From assembly GCA_049513715.1 (NCBI GenBank), contig JBEKVV010000003.1:256001-320000 (forward strand): a stretch of DNA of 64,000 bases, written 5' to 3'. The notes under the pieces were generated by a model, which made no database searches, was not told where the DNA came from, and saw only the letters and a list, made by a program, of their open reading frames with translations. Each line of letters begins with the position of its first letter. Position 1 is the stretch's first letter. Position numbers and translations under genes: made by a program. The stretch is from Candidatus Bathyarchaeia archaeon (lineage in GTDB: Archaea > Thermoproteota > Bathyarchaeia > 40CM-2-53-6). Shown in pieces: positions 40,284-50,861 of the stretch.

Positions 40284-41466
40284 TGATTGCTGCAGCTTCA
40301 GCGAGAGTTCCTTTAGCCCGCATTGCAGATCTGAAGATGTCACCATATTGATCAGCTACTTTTCCCCAACCAACTTCTTGCCCGTACTTGAATGCCTTCG
40401 CCTCTAGTTGCCGGCGAAGACGCAAATCGCCCAGTATCCGTTGGATGCATTCGGCGATTGAAGAGGCATCTGCGAACTTGCACAATAACCCTCTGTTATC
40501 GGAGAGAGTCTCTTTTGCGAATATCGTCGGGGTAGAGACAACGGCTTTCCCATGGCTGAGCGCAAGTGTGATTGTTCCGCTTGAAACTTGCTCTTTACCC
40601 AAGTATGGTGCAAGGTATATGTCAGCTGCCTGGAGGTAAAGCGAAAGCTCATCTTCAGGCAAGTACCGGTCTACAAAGCGCACGTTACGCTCAACCCTCA
40701 GCTGCATCGCTAATGAGATCAATTTGGTTCGGTAGGCTTCGCCATCACGCTTCCTAACCGCGGGATGCGTTTCACCTATCACCAAGTAGAGTAAATCAGG
40801 TCTCTCTTTCACCGTGTAAGCCAACGATTTGATTGCATGTTCTATACCCTTCCCCGAGCTGATTAGACCCGCCGTGGCCAGGACAGTGCGGTTCTGGAGC
40901 CCAAGACGACGTCTTGCATAGGCCTTGCGCAAGTGCTGTGGAGCTGCAGTCCCATGACGGATGACCGCGATCTTCTGAGGGTCTATTGCGAATTGCTGTT
41001 CTAGAAGCTTCGCAGCAGACTCAATCGTAACCACCACTGTACTGCTCAATTGGCAGATTTCCCGAACAATCTGACGAGCTTCTTCATCTGGGTCGGTGAG
41101 CACAGTGTGGAATGTTGTTATCAGAGGCGCTTCGATATTTCTGCAGAGGCCGAGAACATACTCGCCCCACACACCGCCGAAGATCCCGAACTCGTGCTGC
41201 AAACTCACGACATCAACGTTCGATTCGTTCAGGAAGCCGGCGGCTGAGACGTAGCTTCTGCGGTCATATTGATCGATGATCTGCTCTGCCACAGAGCCAG
41301 TGGAACGGTTTAGGTCGTCCTCGATGGCAACGATAACATTGCGTTCGGTGCGCCTCCGCGTTAGCACCGCGAGTGCCAAGTCTCGTGTGAAAGTTGCGAT
41401 TCCGCACTCGCGTGGTGGGTAGGTGCTGACGAATCCGATTTGCGGTTTCCTGTTCAACATGCTCAC
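40246..41466 (-). CDS. GT4 glycosyltransferase
   Basis: STYPPRECGIATFT, QHEFGIFGG, GKGIE, SSGT. Confidence 0.9.
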   Translation of the reverse strand: MSMLNRKPQIGFVSTYPPRECGIATFTRDLALAVLTRRRTERNVIVAIEDDLNRSTGSVAEQIIDQYDRRSYVSAAGFLNESNVDVVSLQHEFGIFGGVWGEYVLGLCRNIEAPLITTFHTVLTDPDEEARQIVREICQLSSTVVVTIESAAKLLEQQFAIDPQKIAVIRHGTAAPQHLRKAYARRRLGLQNRTVLATAGLISSGKGIEHAIKSLAYTVKERPDLLYLVIGETHPAVRKRDGEAYRTKLISLAMQLRVERNVRFVDRYLPEDELSLYLQAADIYLAPYLGKEQVSSGTITLALSHGKAVVSTPTIFAKETLSDNRGLLCKFADASSIAECIQRILGDLRLRRQLEAKAFKYGQEVGWGKVADQYGDIFRSAMRAKGTLAEAAAISETRPRLRLNRQ

Positions 41467-41790
41467 ACCTACTTGACATCGAAGCTACGGCTTCCACCGG
41501 ACATCCAACCCACAGGCAACCCAACCCTGGGGAGTGAAGTGCAACGAAAGGCGCAACCAACACACATCATTACGTTCTCAGGATTAATAGCCCTACTCTT
41601 TCAAAGTTCTACAGTCATAGTCGATATGAACGGTGCGAATACATGAGATTATTAGTTTCACTATGTAGATGAAGAGTCATGAAATGACCCGAAGATTCCA
41701 GCCTCAGCGAAGCGAGAACGTCTTTGAGGGTCAAAACGCTACTTCTTCGGTGCCGCCTCGGTTCGATGTGTTGATGTTTCCGGTGGCAAG

Positions 41791-42981
41791 TTGATGGCGA
41801 CGAATCCAAGAAAAACTGGGTCAGTGAAAGAGCTTTCGCTCTTGTTTCTCAAGCTAGGCACGATTGCCTTCGGCGGGCCAGCTGCGCACATAGCGATGAT
41901 GGAGGAGGAGGTTGTTCATCGCCGGCGTTGGCTCTCGAAAGAGAAATTCTTAGACCTTCTCGGCGCAGCCAACTTGATTCCTGGCCCGAGCTCAACGGAG
42001 TTGGCTATCTACATTGGATACCTTCAAGCGGGGTGGATCGGGCTTCTGCTGGCTGGTGTGTGCTTCATTCTCCCGGCAGCGATCATCGTAACAGCCTTGG
42101 CTTGGGCCTACGTCCAGTATGGCTCGCTACCTCAAGCCATCGGCATTCTGTACGGCGTCAAGCCTGTCATCATCGCCGTGATTTTGCAGGCATTATGGAG
42201 CCTTGGGCGTACTGCCGTGAAAACGAGGTTTCTTGCTGTGGTTGGCCTCGCTGCGTTCACGCTGAGTTTTCTTGGCGTCAATCCATTAATAGTCATCTTC
42301 GGATTCGGAAGTATCACAGGGCTCGGTCGATGGATTTTCGTACAGAAGAATAAAGAGCGGCCCACTCGGCTTTCTCTCATTCTCTTGCTTGTTACTCCTC
42401 TCCTAGCATACGTCGTTCAGACTGCTGCATCAACAACGTACGCTACACCTTCCTCGATTGGACCTTGGCCGATTTTTTTGATTTTCTTGAAGATCGGCTC
42501 GGTTGTCTTTGGCAGTGGATATGTGCTTCTTGCTTTTCTGCGCGGTGACCTTGTTGTGCATTTGCATTGGTTGACTGATTCACAGCTGATTAATGCCGTG
42601 GCGGTCGGCCAGGTCACGCCCGGGCCCGTCTTCACAACCGCCACCTTCATCGGCTATTTGCTGGCGGGACCTTACGGAGCATTCGTTGCTACGACAGGCA
42701 TTTTCATTCCCGCATTCGTACTTGTTGCCCTAAGCGGTCCCCTCATACCGCGGATACGACAATCCAAGATTGCAGGAGCTTTTCTAGACGGGGTGACGGT
42801 TGCATCGCTTTCTTTGATGGCGTTTGTCACTTACGAGCTTGGTAGGGTTGCGCTAGTCGACATAGTGACAATCGTCTTGGCAATCGCAAGCGCGATATTG
42901 CTGATTCGTTTTCGCCTTAACTCTGGGTGGCTTGTGTTCCTAGGAGCCACAGTGGGACTACTCACATTTGTTCTGAGATGA
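41791..42981 (+). CDS. chrA: Chromate efflux transporter (long-chain CHR)
   Basis: AFGGPAAHIAMM, PGPSSTE, FGSGY, TPGP. Confidence 0.93.
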   Translation: MMATNPRKTGSVKELSLLFLKLGTIAFGGPAAHIAMMEEEVVHRRRWLSKEKFLDLLGAANLIPGPSSTELAIYIGYLQAGWIGLLLAGVCFILPAAIIVTALAWAYVQYGSLPQAIGILYGVKPVIIAVILQALWSLGRTAVKTRFLAVVGLAAFTLSFLGVNPLIVIFGFGSITGLGRWIFVQKNKERPTRLSLILLLVTPLLAYVVQTAASTTYATPSSIGPWPIFLIFLKIGSVVFGSGYVLLAFLRGDLVVHLHWLTDSQLINAVAVGQVTPGPVFTTATFIGYLLAGPYGAFVATTGIFIPAFVLVALSGPLIPRIRQSKIAGAFLDGVTVASLSLMAFVTYELGRVALVDIVTIVLAIASAILLIRFRLNSGWLVFLGATVGLLTFVLR

Positions 42982-43080
42982 TTAACAGTTGCGGCTGGTT
43001 TGGCAGTAATGCTTAATATGTCGCATGCAGTTGCGTGCGATTTCAACTCACAAAATCGGAGTCCCGATTGATGATAAACT

Positions 43081-43368
43081 TTGGCACGTCTCTTGGCTTT
43101 TGTAAACATTTTTGTCGAGTCGGCCACTTTGGACGACGTCGTACAAGCTCTCTCTAAATTATCTAACGTGGAAGAACTCTACGAAGTAACCGGGGAATTC
43201 GACATCGTCACGCTCGTTTCAGCAGCTGACATAGAAGAATTCCGCGACTTCGTGAAAAACAAGCTTCTGAAGATAAAGGGCGTTAAGAGCACGGTAACAT
43301 CCATCGTGTTGAATGCTCCAAAAGGACCTAGGAACGGAGCTCAAGCCGCAAAATCTACCTCCCAGTAA
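43081..43368 (+). CDS. Stand-alone Lrp/AsnC ligand-binding (RAM) domain
   Basis: VTGEFDI...GVKSTVTSIV, no HTH. Confidence 0.85.
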   Translation: MARLLAFVNIFVESATLDDVVQALSKLSNVEELYEVTGEFDIVTLVSAADIEEFRDFVKNKLLKIKGVKSTVTSIVLNAPKGPRNGAQAAKSTSQ

Positions 43369-43455
43369 CAACCACCCTCCTCTTCATCGAGGTTGACCTC
43401 GTCAATCCTTACTGCGAATGAAAATCCTGGAGTATCGTGATGGTGCTGAAGCAAT

Positions 43456-45111
43456 TTGATCGACCTCATCCAAACAATAGTCATAATTCTGATTCTGGGA
43501 ACGGCGATAGCTTTAGGGCGCCTTCTCGCACCATACGTCACAAGAGTCTTCGCGCGTGCACCAAGCCGCTTTGATAATGTATTGAACCCCCTCGAGAACT
43601 GGGTCTACAAACTCGGGGGGGTAAACCCAACCCATTCAATGGACTGGAAGGAATACTTCCTATCCTTGCTCTTCGTCAACGTTATTCAAATGGGGTTAGC
43701 CTTCCTAATTTTCGTTTTCCAAGACAGACTTCCCATGAATCCTCAGGGATTCACAGGCCTAACATGGGACCTCGCCTTCATGCAAGTTATCTCATTCGCA
43801 ACCAACACTAATCTCCAGCACTACAATGGCGAAACCACACTTTCATATCTAAGCCAAATGACCGCAGTTCAATTCCTGCAATTCGCCTCAGCCGCATCCG
43901 GTATCTGTGTTGCGGTAGCATTTGTGAGAGGTTTCAAGAACGGCGCCAAAGACTTAGGTAATTTCTATGTTGACTTCATAAGATCCCTAACGAGGGTTCT
44001 CTTCCCACTATGCTTTGTAGCGTCTCTGATCTTTGTTTGGCTCGGTGTGCCTCAAACTCTCAACGGATACGCGGTTGTGAAAACCTTCGAGGGCGCGACA
44101 CAAGTAATCTTGGTAGGTCCTGTCGCGTCCTTGGTCTCAATAATGCAGATTGGCACGAATGGGGGAGGATATTATGGAGCCAATTCCGCTTATCCATTCC
44201 AGAACCCAAACCCTGCGTCGGACGTCCTTCAAATCATCTTAATGTTGCTCATGCCTACTGTGATGTGCTTCGTCTATGGGGAAGTTCTTGGAAAGAGGAA
44301 AGAGAGCAGACCCATACTTTGGGGCTCATACGCGCTCTTCGTCATCGACCTGATAATTGCATTCATCCCCAACCCCACCCTAGGCCAGGGCATGGAGGTT
44401 CGGTTTGGGGGCTTCTTCTCAGCCTTTTGGACCGTTGTAACGACAGCGGTTACAACGGGTTCGGTCAATGCTTCGCTTTACGGGATGCATCCACTCGTCA
44501 TACTTTCAGGGTTCATGGGCATGTTGATCCAAGCTACACCGGGTGGAAAGGGTGTTGGCTTGATGTACATGGTCATGTACGTCGTGATCACTGTATTCAT
44601 CGTCGGACTCATGTCAGGAAGAACCCCTGAATATTTGGGAATGAAAATCAACGGACGAGACGTCACACTCGTAATGATTGCCTTCCTGATTCACCCAGTC
44701 ATCATCCTAATTCCCACCGTGGTGGCTTACGCAAGTGGAGCCGCAAACGCAATCGGCTTGGGAGGCGACTCACTCGGTTTCACGCAGGTTCTATACGAAT
44801 TTACATCCGCCGCCGCCAACAATGGTTCGAATTTTCTTGGTGCGACAGGGAATACGCCATTCTTCAACATATCAACGGCCCTGGTAATGTTCGCAGGTCG
44901 TTACGCTCCAATGGGTGTGTTGCTTGCGCTCGCAGGGTCGATGATCGGAAGGAAGAGACATGTCGAGATTGGGTTGAAAACCGATAGCATAACGTTCTCC
45001 ATTATCCTTGTTGGTAGTACATTGATTCTTGTGGTTCTGACGTTCTTCCCGTTCCTCGCACTCGGACCAATACTCTCCTACTTCCGAGGTTTCGTAAATG
45101 GGTTCGGTTAA
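43456..45111 (+). CDS. kdpA: K+-transporting ATPase subunit A
   Basis: TNTNLQHY, GTNGGG, TTGS, SAAANNGS. Confidence 0.95.
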   Translation: MIDLIQTIVIILILGTAIALGRLLAPYVTRVFARAPSRFDNVLNPLENWVYKLGGVNPTHSMDWKEYFLSLLFVNVIQMGLAFLIFVFQDRLPMNPQGFTGLTWDLAFMQVISFATNTNLQHYNGETTLSYLSQMTAVQFLQFASAASGICVAVAFVRGFKNGAKDLGNFYVDFIRSLTRVLFPLCFVASLIFVWLGVPQTLNGYAVVKTFEGATQVILVGPVASLVSIMQIGTNGGGYYGANSAYPFQNPNPASDVLQIILMLLMPTVMCFVYGEVLGKRKESRPILWGSYALFVIDLIIAFIPNPTLGQGMEVRFGGFFSAFWTVVTTAVTTGSVNASLYGMHPLVILSGFMGMLIQATPGGKGVGLMYMVMYVVITVFIVGLMSGRTPEYLGMKINGRDVTLVMIAFLIHPVIILIPTVVAYASGAANAIGLGGDSLGFTQVLYEFTSAAANNGSNFLGATGNTPFFNISTALVMFAGRYAPMGVLLALAGSMIGRKRHVEIGLKTDSITFSIILVGSTLILVVLTFFPFLALGPILSYFRGFVNGFG

Positions 45112-45172
45112 TTCTGAGAGGTGAATCGAGACGTCAACCAACGATCAACGGCCTAGTCTGCGGGCAGGGACT

Positions 45173-47266
45173 ATGTCCAGCAAGACCTTACTCGACTCAA
45201 TAGTGAGGCTGAACCCCGCATCATTGATTGCGAACCCCGTTATGTTCATCGTTGAAATCACATTCTTCATCGTGGCAGCGATGGCCGTCTACCCGCAAGG
45301 ATTTCTGCCCGTAGCGAGTCCAAGTGAACGGATTTTCTACGTTGAAGTTGCAGCCATTTTGCTGATTACAGTTTGGTTCAGCACACTCTCGGATTCACTC
45401 GCCGAAACTCAAGCAAGGAACACTGCGAACAGTCTTAGGAAGCTCGAAACGGAAACGATGGCCAAGAAAATCGTGGCGGAGGGTAGAGATCAAGGAGAAA
45501 GATCAACGGTCCTTACTCCCTCTACTCAGTTGCGACGAGGGGATATGATCCTGCTGGAGAAGGGAGACCTGATTCCCATAGATGCAGAGGTAACTGAGGG
45601 GATAGCAATGGTGGATGAATCTCTTCTCACAGGTGAATCGGTTCCCGTCAGGAAGGCCTCTAGCGATCCACTCATCGGAGGTTCAAAACTCATCAGCGAC
45701 ACATTAACTGCAAGAGTCACAGTGAACCCTGAAGACAGTTACATCAACCAAATGATCCGGTTGGTTGAATCAGCAAAGAGACCGAAGACTCCGAACGAAC
45801 AAGCAGTGGTAGTAGTTCTGATTGGACTTACGGCCATTTTCACAATAATAATTTTCGCACTTCTTGGAATGTCGGTCGTGCTCAGTCTCGGCGCCGACCT
45901 CTCAGTCCTAATTGCACTATACGTTTGCCTTCTTCCAACCACGATTGGCGCGCTGCTTCCAGCAATCGGCCTCTCGGGAATGTCTAGGTTGTATGGAAGG
46001 AAAATTGTTGCAAAGTCAGGCAGGGCAATTGAGACTGCCGGCGACACGGACACGATCCTTCTCGACAAGACCGGCACGATAACGGTCGGGAGCAGGCAAG
46101 CAATCGGTTTCATACCCTTTGGTGCTCATTCTGAGCAGGAAGTCGGCGAGGCAGCGTTCCTGTCTTCTTGGCATGATGACACTCCAGAAGGGCGAAGCAT
46201 AATCAGGTTAGCCTACACTGGCCGCCTGATACCCAAGGAATTGAACGACCTAGCACTTTCAGAATCCTACGAGTTCTCAGCCACGACCAGAACGAGCGGC
46301 GTGAAATTCACCAGTGGTACTGGTTTCATGCTACCGAAAGGTGGCGAGGAGCGAGCTCGATTTAGGCGAAAATTCACGGCCTCCTTGAGCAGCTTGGAAG
46401 GGGGCCAGGTTGAAATCTTGAAAGGAGCTCCAGACGCGATAAAGGCACTTGCGGCCTCGACACCTCCTGACTACGACACTGTCATTAACAAAATCTCCGG
46501 CGAAGGCGATAGTCCCGTAGCGATCTGCAAGAACCGTGAAATAATCGGCATGATTCGTTTAAGAGACGTTTTGAAGACGGGTATCAAAGAAAAAATCCAG
46601 GCTGTCAAAGCGATGGGTATCCGCCCGGTGATGATAACTGGGGACCAACCACTCACTGCAAAAAGCATCGCATCTGAAGTTGGTATAGACGAGTACGTAC
46701 CGCAAGCAAAGCCTGAGGACAAGCATGGAATTGTTCTCCGCGAGCAAGCGAACATGAGGATTGTTGCCATGATAGGCGATGGGACGAACGATGCCCCTGC
46801 GTTAGCCGTGGCTGATGTAGGCCTCGCCATGAACTCTGGAACGCAAGCGGCGAAGGAGGCTGCCAACATGGTTGACCTTGAATCTAACCCTGCAAAGGTC
46901 ATTGAAGTCGTGATGCTTGGGAAACAGCTACTCATGACACGAGGAGCAGTTACCACATTTAGTATTGCAAATGATGTTGCGAAATATTTCGCAATAGTCC
47001 CGGTCATGTTTGCAGTTGTACCCGAGCTGCAAGCCTTGAACATCCTCGGGCTGGGGTTGCATAGCGCTGTTCTGTCTGCGTTGATTTTCAACGCAATCAT
47101 AATTCCGCTGCTGATCCCTTTGGCCATGAAAGGCGTCTCATTCAAGCCCTCAGACACAATGACGCTGTTTCTGAAGAATACGATGATCTACGGTGTCGGA
47201 GGAGTGATAGTGCCGTTTGTAGGAATCAAGTTGATAGACATCCTTCTACGGGCGATTCATGTTTAG
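45173..47266 (+). CDS. kdpB: K+-transporting ATPase subunit B
   Basis: TGES, LPTTIG, DKTGT, GDGTNDAPAL, ANDVAKYF. Confidence 0.96.
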   Translation: MSSKTLLDSIVRLNPASLIANPVMFIVEITFFIVAAMAVYPQGFLPVASPSERIFYVEVAAILLITVWFSTLSDSLAETQARNTANSLRKLETETMAKKIVAEGRDQGERSTVLTPSTQLRRGDMILLEKGDLIPIDAEVTEGIAMVDESLLTGESVPVRKASSDPLIGGSKLISDTLTARVTVNPEDSYINQMIRLVESAKRPKTPNEQAVVVVLIGLTAIFTIIIFALLGMSVVLSLGADLSVLIALYVCLLPTTIGALLPAIGLSGMSRLYGRKIVAKSGRAIETAGDTDTILLDKTGTITVGSRQAIGFIPFGAHSEQEVGEAAFLSSWHDDTPEGRSIIRLAYTGRLIPKELNDLALSESYEFSATTRTSGVKFTSGTGFMLPKGGEERARFRRKFTASLSSLEGGQVEILKGAPDAIKALAASTPPDYDTVINKISGEGDSPVAICKNREIIGMIRLRDVLKTGIKEKIQAVKAMGIRPVMITGDQPLTAKSIASEVGIDEYVPQAKPEDKHGIVLREQANMRIVAMIGDGTNDAPALAVADVGLAMNSGTQAAKEAANMVDLESNPAKVIEVVMLGKQLLMTRGAVTTFSIANDVAKYFAIVPVMFAVVPELQALNILGLGLHSAVLSALIFNAIIIPLLIPLAMKGVSFKPSDTMTLFLKNTMIYGVGGVIVPFVGIKLIDILLRAIHV

Positions 47267-47278
47267 GAGATTGCTAAT

Positions 47279-47722
47279 ATGAACAAGCATGGTTATGGTG
47301 CCGCCGTCAGACTGGCAATTATCTCATTAGCATTGTGTGGCCTAGTGTTTCCCCTGGTCGTTACAGGGTTTGCGCAACTATTTCTCCCGAATCAAGCAAA
47401 CGGGGGACTTATCACATTCCACGGCCGTTTCGTGGGTTCCTATTTGATTGCACAGAACTTCAACTCCCCGATGCTCTTCCACCCAAGAAACCAAACATAC
47501 TCCGCTTCAGGCGTGGACCCGGACATTACCCTCCAAGACGCCTATTCTCAGATTCCGAGGATACAAGCTACGACTGGAATTCCTCCGGATGCGCTGAAAC
47601 AGATAGTTGATGAGAACGTCGAGCGAACTTTATGGATCGCTGGCGAGCCGTACGTCAACGTACTCAAACTCAACCTGGTACTGATCGAAAGATACCCGGC
47701 AATCTACCAATCGTTCAGCTGA
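47279..47722 (+). CDS. kdpC: K+-transporting ATPase subunit C (short form)
   Basis: QANG, SASGVDPDI, GEPYVNVLKLN. Confidence 0.93.
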   Translation: MNKHGYGAAVRLAIISLALCGLVFPLVVTGFAQLFLPNQANGGLITFHGRFVGSYLIAQNFNSPMLFHPRNQTYSASGVDPDITLQDAYSQIPRIQATTGIPPDALKQIVDENVERTLWIAGEPYVNVLKLNLVLIERYPAIYQSFS

Positions 47723-47780
47723 TACGCCCCCTAAGGTTCCACGAAAGTTCGAGTTTCGGTAATAGAGCGGTGTCATAACA

Positions 47781-47973
47781 ATGTGTGTAGTAGTCGCAAT
47801 TGTTGTGATTACGGGTCTGGGTAATACTGAGGCTTAGCAACAGACTGTCTCGAGCAGTCGGTACTTCAACCCTAATGATCCTAGATACGGTCATGAACAT
47901 ATTGATGGCTGCCATCGGGGTTGCGTTTCTTCTGAAAGACTTCAGTGCAGCCTTTGGTATCGCATTCATTTAG
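47781..47973 (+). pseudogene. 3' remnant of a MarC-family membrane protein gene
   Basis: ILRLSNRLSRAVGTSTLMILDTVMNILMAAIGVAFLL resembles MarC C-terminus; frameshift near 47820, no 5' half. Confidence 0.55.
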
Positions 47974-48000
47974 ACATAGGTTGAGAGAACTGACTTCGGT

Positions 48001-48909
48001 TTAGACTAGTTTACGGATTTGGTCTAGGTTATTCAGGAATCCTTCTTCGGTTTGGCTGTCTGGGGAGAACGTGGGGTCAAGGATTAGTTCATCTGGCGCA
48101 AACTTCTTGACCGCGTCAACATCCTCCTTTAACTGGTCTAGGGTTCCTGAGAAGAACGCGCGGTCCTTGCCTTGTGGTTGAGTGGTTACTGTAATGTTGT
48201 AACGAGCGATGACCTTCATGCTTGCTGGGTCACGACCAGCGGATTTTGCCATACTCTTGAGCTGGCCTGTGGTTGATTCGAGTTGGCTAAGAGTCGACCC
48301 AACGGGCATCCAGCCGTCCGCCAACGTAGCCGTACGCTTCAGTGAAGCCGGCGAAAAGGCTGCAAGGTAAATCGGTGGATGGGGTTTCTGCACGGGTTTA
48401 GGTTGAATGATAGATTTAGGTAACTGGAAGAACTTTCCATGAAACTCGGCAGGGTCCGTCGTCCAGATTGTCTTAAGGACTTTGATGAACTCGTCCGCTC
48501 GTTTGCCTCGTACTTTCATGTTGGCGCCGGCAGCGTCATTCTCGTCCTGCGACCAACCCAAACCGAACCCAACCCTCAACCTGCCACCTGACAACACATC
48601 CAAGGTAGTCAGTCGGCGTGCGAGAAGAACGGGGTTGTAGAATGGAATGTCCAACACGCTCGTCCCCAGGGCTACACGGCTTGTATGCGCGGCGGCGAAA
48701 GTCAGAGTCTCCAAGGGGTCGAAGACACGTTTGTAGGGTTCAGGTAGCGCGTGACCATAGTATGAGGTCTGCGGATTCGTGGGGTACAGCAAGCGCTCCG
48801 TAACCCAAAGACTGTCATACTTCAACTCCTCCGCTCGCTTCGCCACTTTTATGATCGTTCGAGTATCGGCAACGGGGCCAATTTGCGGAAGAAAGAATCC
48901 AACACGCAT
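48001..48909 (-). CDS. LLM-class (probably F420-dependent) oxidoreductase
   Basis: AEELKYDSLW, DPLETLTFAAAHT, TLDVLSGGRL, PKPVQKPHPP. Confidence 0.9.
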   Translation of the reverse strand: MRVGFFLPQIGPVADTRTIIKVAKRAEELKYDSLWVTERLLYPTNPQTSYYGHALPEPYKRVFDPLETLTFAAAHTSRVALGTSVLDIPFYNPVLLARRLTTLDVLSGGRLRVGFGLGWSQDENDAAGANMKVRGKRADEFIKVLKTIWTTDPAEFHGKFFQLPKSIIQPKPVQKPHPPIYLAAFSPASLKRTATLADGWMPVGSTLSQLESTTGQLKSMAKSAGRDPASMKVIARYNITVTTQPQGKDRAFFSGTLDQLKEDVDAVKKFAPDELILDPTFSPDSQTEEGFLNNLDQIRKLV

Positions 48910-49060
48910 GGCAAATCTCCGCGCGAGCAGAGCATTACAGCACTATAAACACTCTGCTGTTAGCATGCGTCTCTTCGGAATCTACCACCTCATTTTCCGA
49001 GACTTCTAATTTTCCTATACGATTAGTTGGAATGACATTAAACCAAGCGCGAGTGAGAAG

Positions 49061-49086
49061 TGGCAGCTCCAGAGGGATTTCCACCC
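49061..49086 (-). repeat. Degenerate copy of tRNA-Lys 3' end (older att site)
   Basis: tggcagctccagagggatttccaccc vs 59619-59644 tggcgggtccggagggatttgaaccc, 21/26 identical, same orientation. Confidence 0.65.
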
Positions 49087-49402
49087 AAGTGGGTCCAAGT
49101 CCCTGCCTGATGTGCGATATCAAGCGGGTAAGCTTGTGCGGGAAGGATTTTGATCACAATTTACGAGTGCATATAAGGCGGTGATTTTTCCTTAACAAAG
49201 TTTCAACTTGGAAAGCATCGGAAAGGAAGCGTTAGTTTTCCCGTATCAGCTTGCCCTTGATGCGCGTGTTACTGTTTTCGTCGACTGATACGATCTTCTC
49301 TCCTTTCTGATTTAGGAAAGCCAACGACCTTCCCTCCGTCGCCCTGGAACGCGGTTCAGTCGCACATGCCAAAATCATGAACGTCGGAACTTTGCTAGCC
49401 AG

Positions 49403-50197
49403 CTAACATTCAACTCGTTCCCTGATTTCGTGCCCGCCAAACTGGAACAGGCGAGGTCTGCCATTCGAAAGTTCTACGTACGTGTTGTGGACAGGTGCAT
49501 CAGTTACCCACGAGCCGCTGTTGGCAACAGTTTCGGTAGTATTTACGAAAGGTCGGTGGGTGTGTCCGAAAACGAGGACCCCGTTTGGCTGAATTATCTT
49601 GGCTCGGCTGCATGCCCGTTTTTCAATATCACCTAGGATATTTCTTAATCTCTCTTCTGGTCCAGTTTGCAGGGTCTCCGCAGTTTTTCTGATTCTCTCT
49701 TTGCGAAATAGAAAAGTTAGAAGAAATTCTATATCACTCCAGCTTCCTGTCAACGTTGCCCATACTCCACTCTCGAAATCACCCGCTTCATCTGACATAA
49801 CCCTACACAGAGCCTCCATCAACGGTTCTTGCTGGATAAGATCAAACTCCCAGCCATGTAGGAACATGTACCTGTATTTGCCATCACGCAGAGTCAGAGT
49901 TTTCTCAAAATTGAACGGATACACGAAATTTTGGAGCCTCAATACATGGAAGTCATGATTTCCAGCAACATAGTGAACCGTAATCTTCTCGCTAAGAGAT
50001 AGTATCTTATTGATAGTGTCCTTGCTCTCAAGGAACACTCCCGAGGAGTCTCTTCTCCACATGTCGAGAACGTCTCCAAGGAGTACCAGGTTGGTAATCT
50101 CATCATCTTTTGTCAGCTCGTCCAGAAACTGATTGAAGGCTATCTTGTCTGAATTTACGTAACCCAAATGCTGATCTGAAACGACTACTACTTTCAT
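49403..50197 (-). CDS. Calcineurin-like metallophosphoesterase (LpxH-like)
   Basis: SDQHLG, LGDVLD, GNHD, HGW, GHTH; ATG at 50197. Confidence 0.9.
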   Translation of the reverse strand: MKVVVVSDQHLGYVNSDKIAFNQFLDELTKDDEITNLVLLGDVLDMWRRDSSGVFLESKDTINKILSLSEKITVHYVAGNHDFHVLRLQNFVYPFNFEKTLTLRDGKYRYMFLHGWEFDLIQQEPLMEALCRVMSDEAGDFESGVWATLTGSWSDIEFLLTFLFRKERIRKTAETLQTGPEERLRNILGDIEKRACSRAKIIQPNGVLVFGHTHRPFVNTTETVANSGSWVTDAPVHNTYVELSNGRPRLFQFGGHEIRERVEC

Positions 50198-50730
50198 GGT
50201 TGCGACCTCGGATTTGACATAGCTGCAACGTATGCACGGTATCCTTTTGCTGCATATTTGTTTGAAAGGTAGAGCATAGCCACGCTCCATGCGAGTGTTG
50301 CGATGTACCAAAGTGGGACCCAAGTAAAGCCAAGGTTGAGACCCCATCCGGGTCTCATCATGGTCCATTCATCATATCCTATGGGTTGCCATCTTGTCAC
50401 GAACCAGGTGGCGTCTTCAATTAAGAGAGATAATGGCAAGGCTGCTGCACATATGAATAAGACGTACTTCTTCTTGTCTTCGAGGATCCATTGTAAGTGA
50501 CTCCACGCTAATGCAGTGGATACTACGAGCATGAGGACCAGCAGGTCTACGTGGTAGTAGCTAAATCTCCCGAATAATGGCAGACCGAGTGATCCCGTCG
50601 GAATCCATTTCGCTTCAATTACACCATAATCCGCACCCGCGATGAATGTTGCTGCGAGCTGACTCACTATCTCAATTTCGTAGGTTAATTTCCCACTTAT
50701 CAGGTGAAATAATGAGCTAAGGGAAATCAA
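50194..50730 (-). CDS. Hypothetical membrane protein
   Basis: Several TM segments; stop overlaps the phosphoesterase start (ATGA). Confidence 0.7.
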   Translation of the reverse strand: MISLSSLFHLISGKLTYEIEIVSQLAATFIAGADYGVIEAKWIPTGSLGLPLFGRFSYYHVDLLVLMLVVSTALAWSHLQWILEDKKKYVLFICAAALPLSLLIEDATWFVTRWQPIGYDEWTMMRPGWGLNLGFTWVPLWYIATLAWSVAMLYLSNKYAAKGYRAYVAAMSNPRSQP

Positions 50731-50861
50731 TAGAAATCCACAACACCGAGAGGATTTGCAACAGAAGGTTTCTGTACTTAATTGCTTGCTCTTTGCATCT
50801 TTCCCGCATGTTGGGCAGGGGATTTTGACCCCAATTTACCAGTACATATAACGAAACAAGA

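Noticed and set aside
50731..50835. Cys-rich in-frame extension (CPTC...) upstream of the membrane protein, also loosely T-arm-like DNA
   Set aside because: No start codon after the upstream stop; similarity to the att too weak
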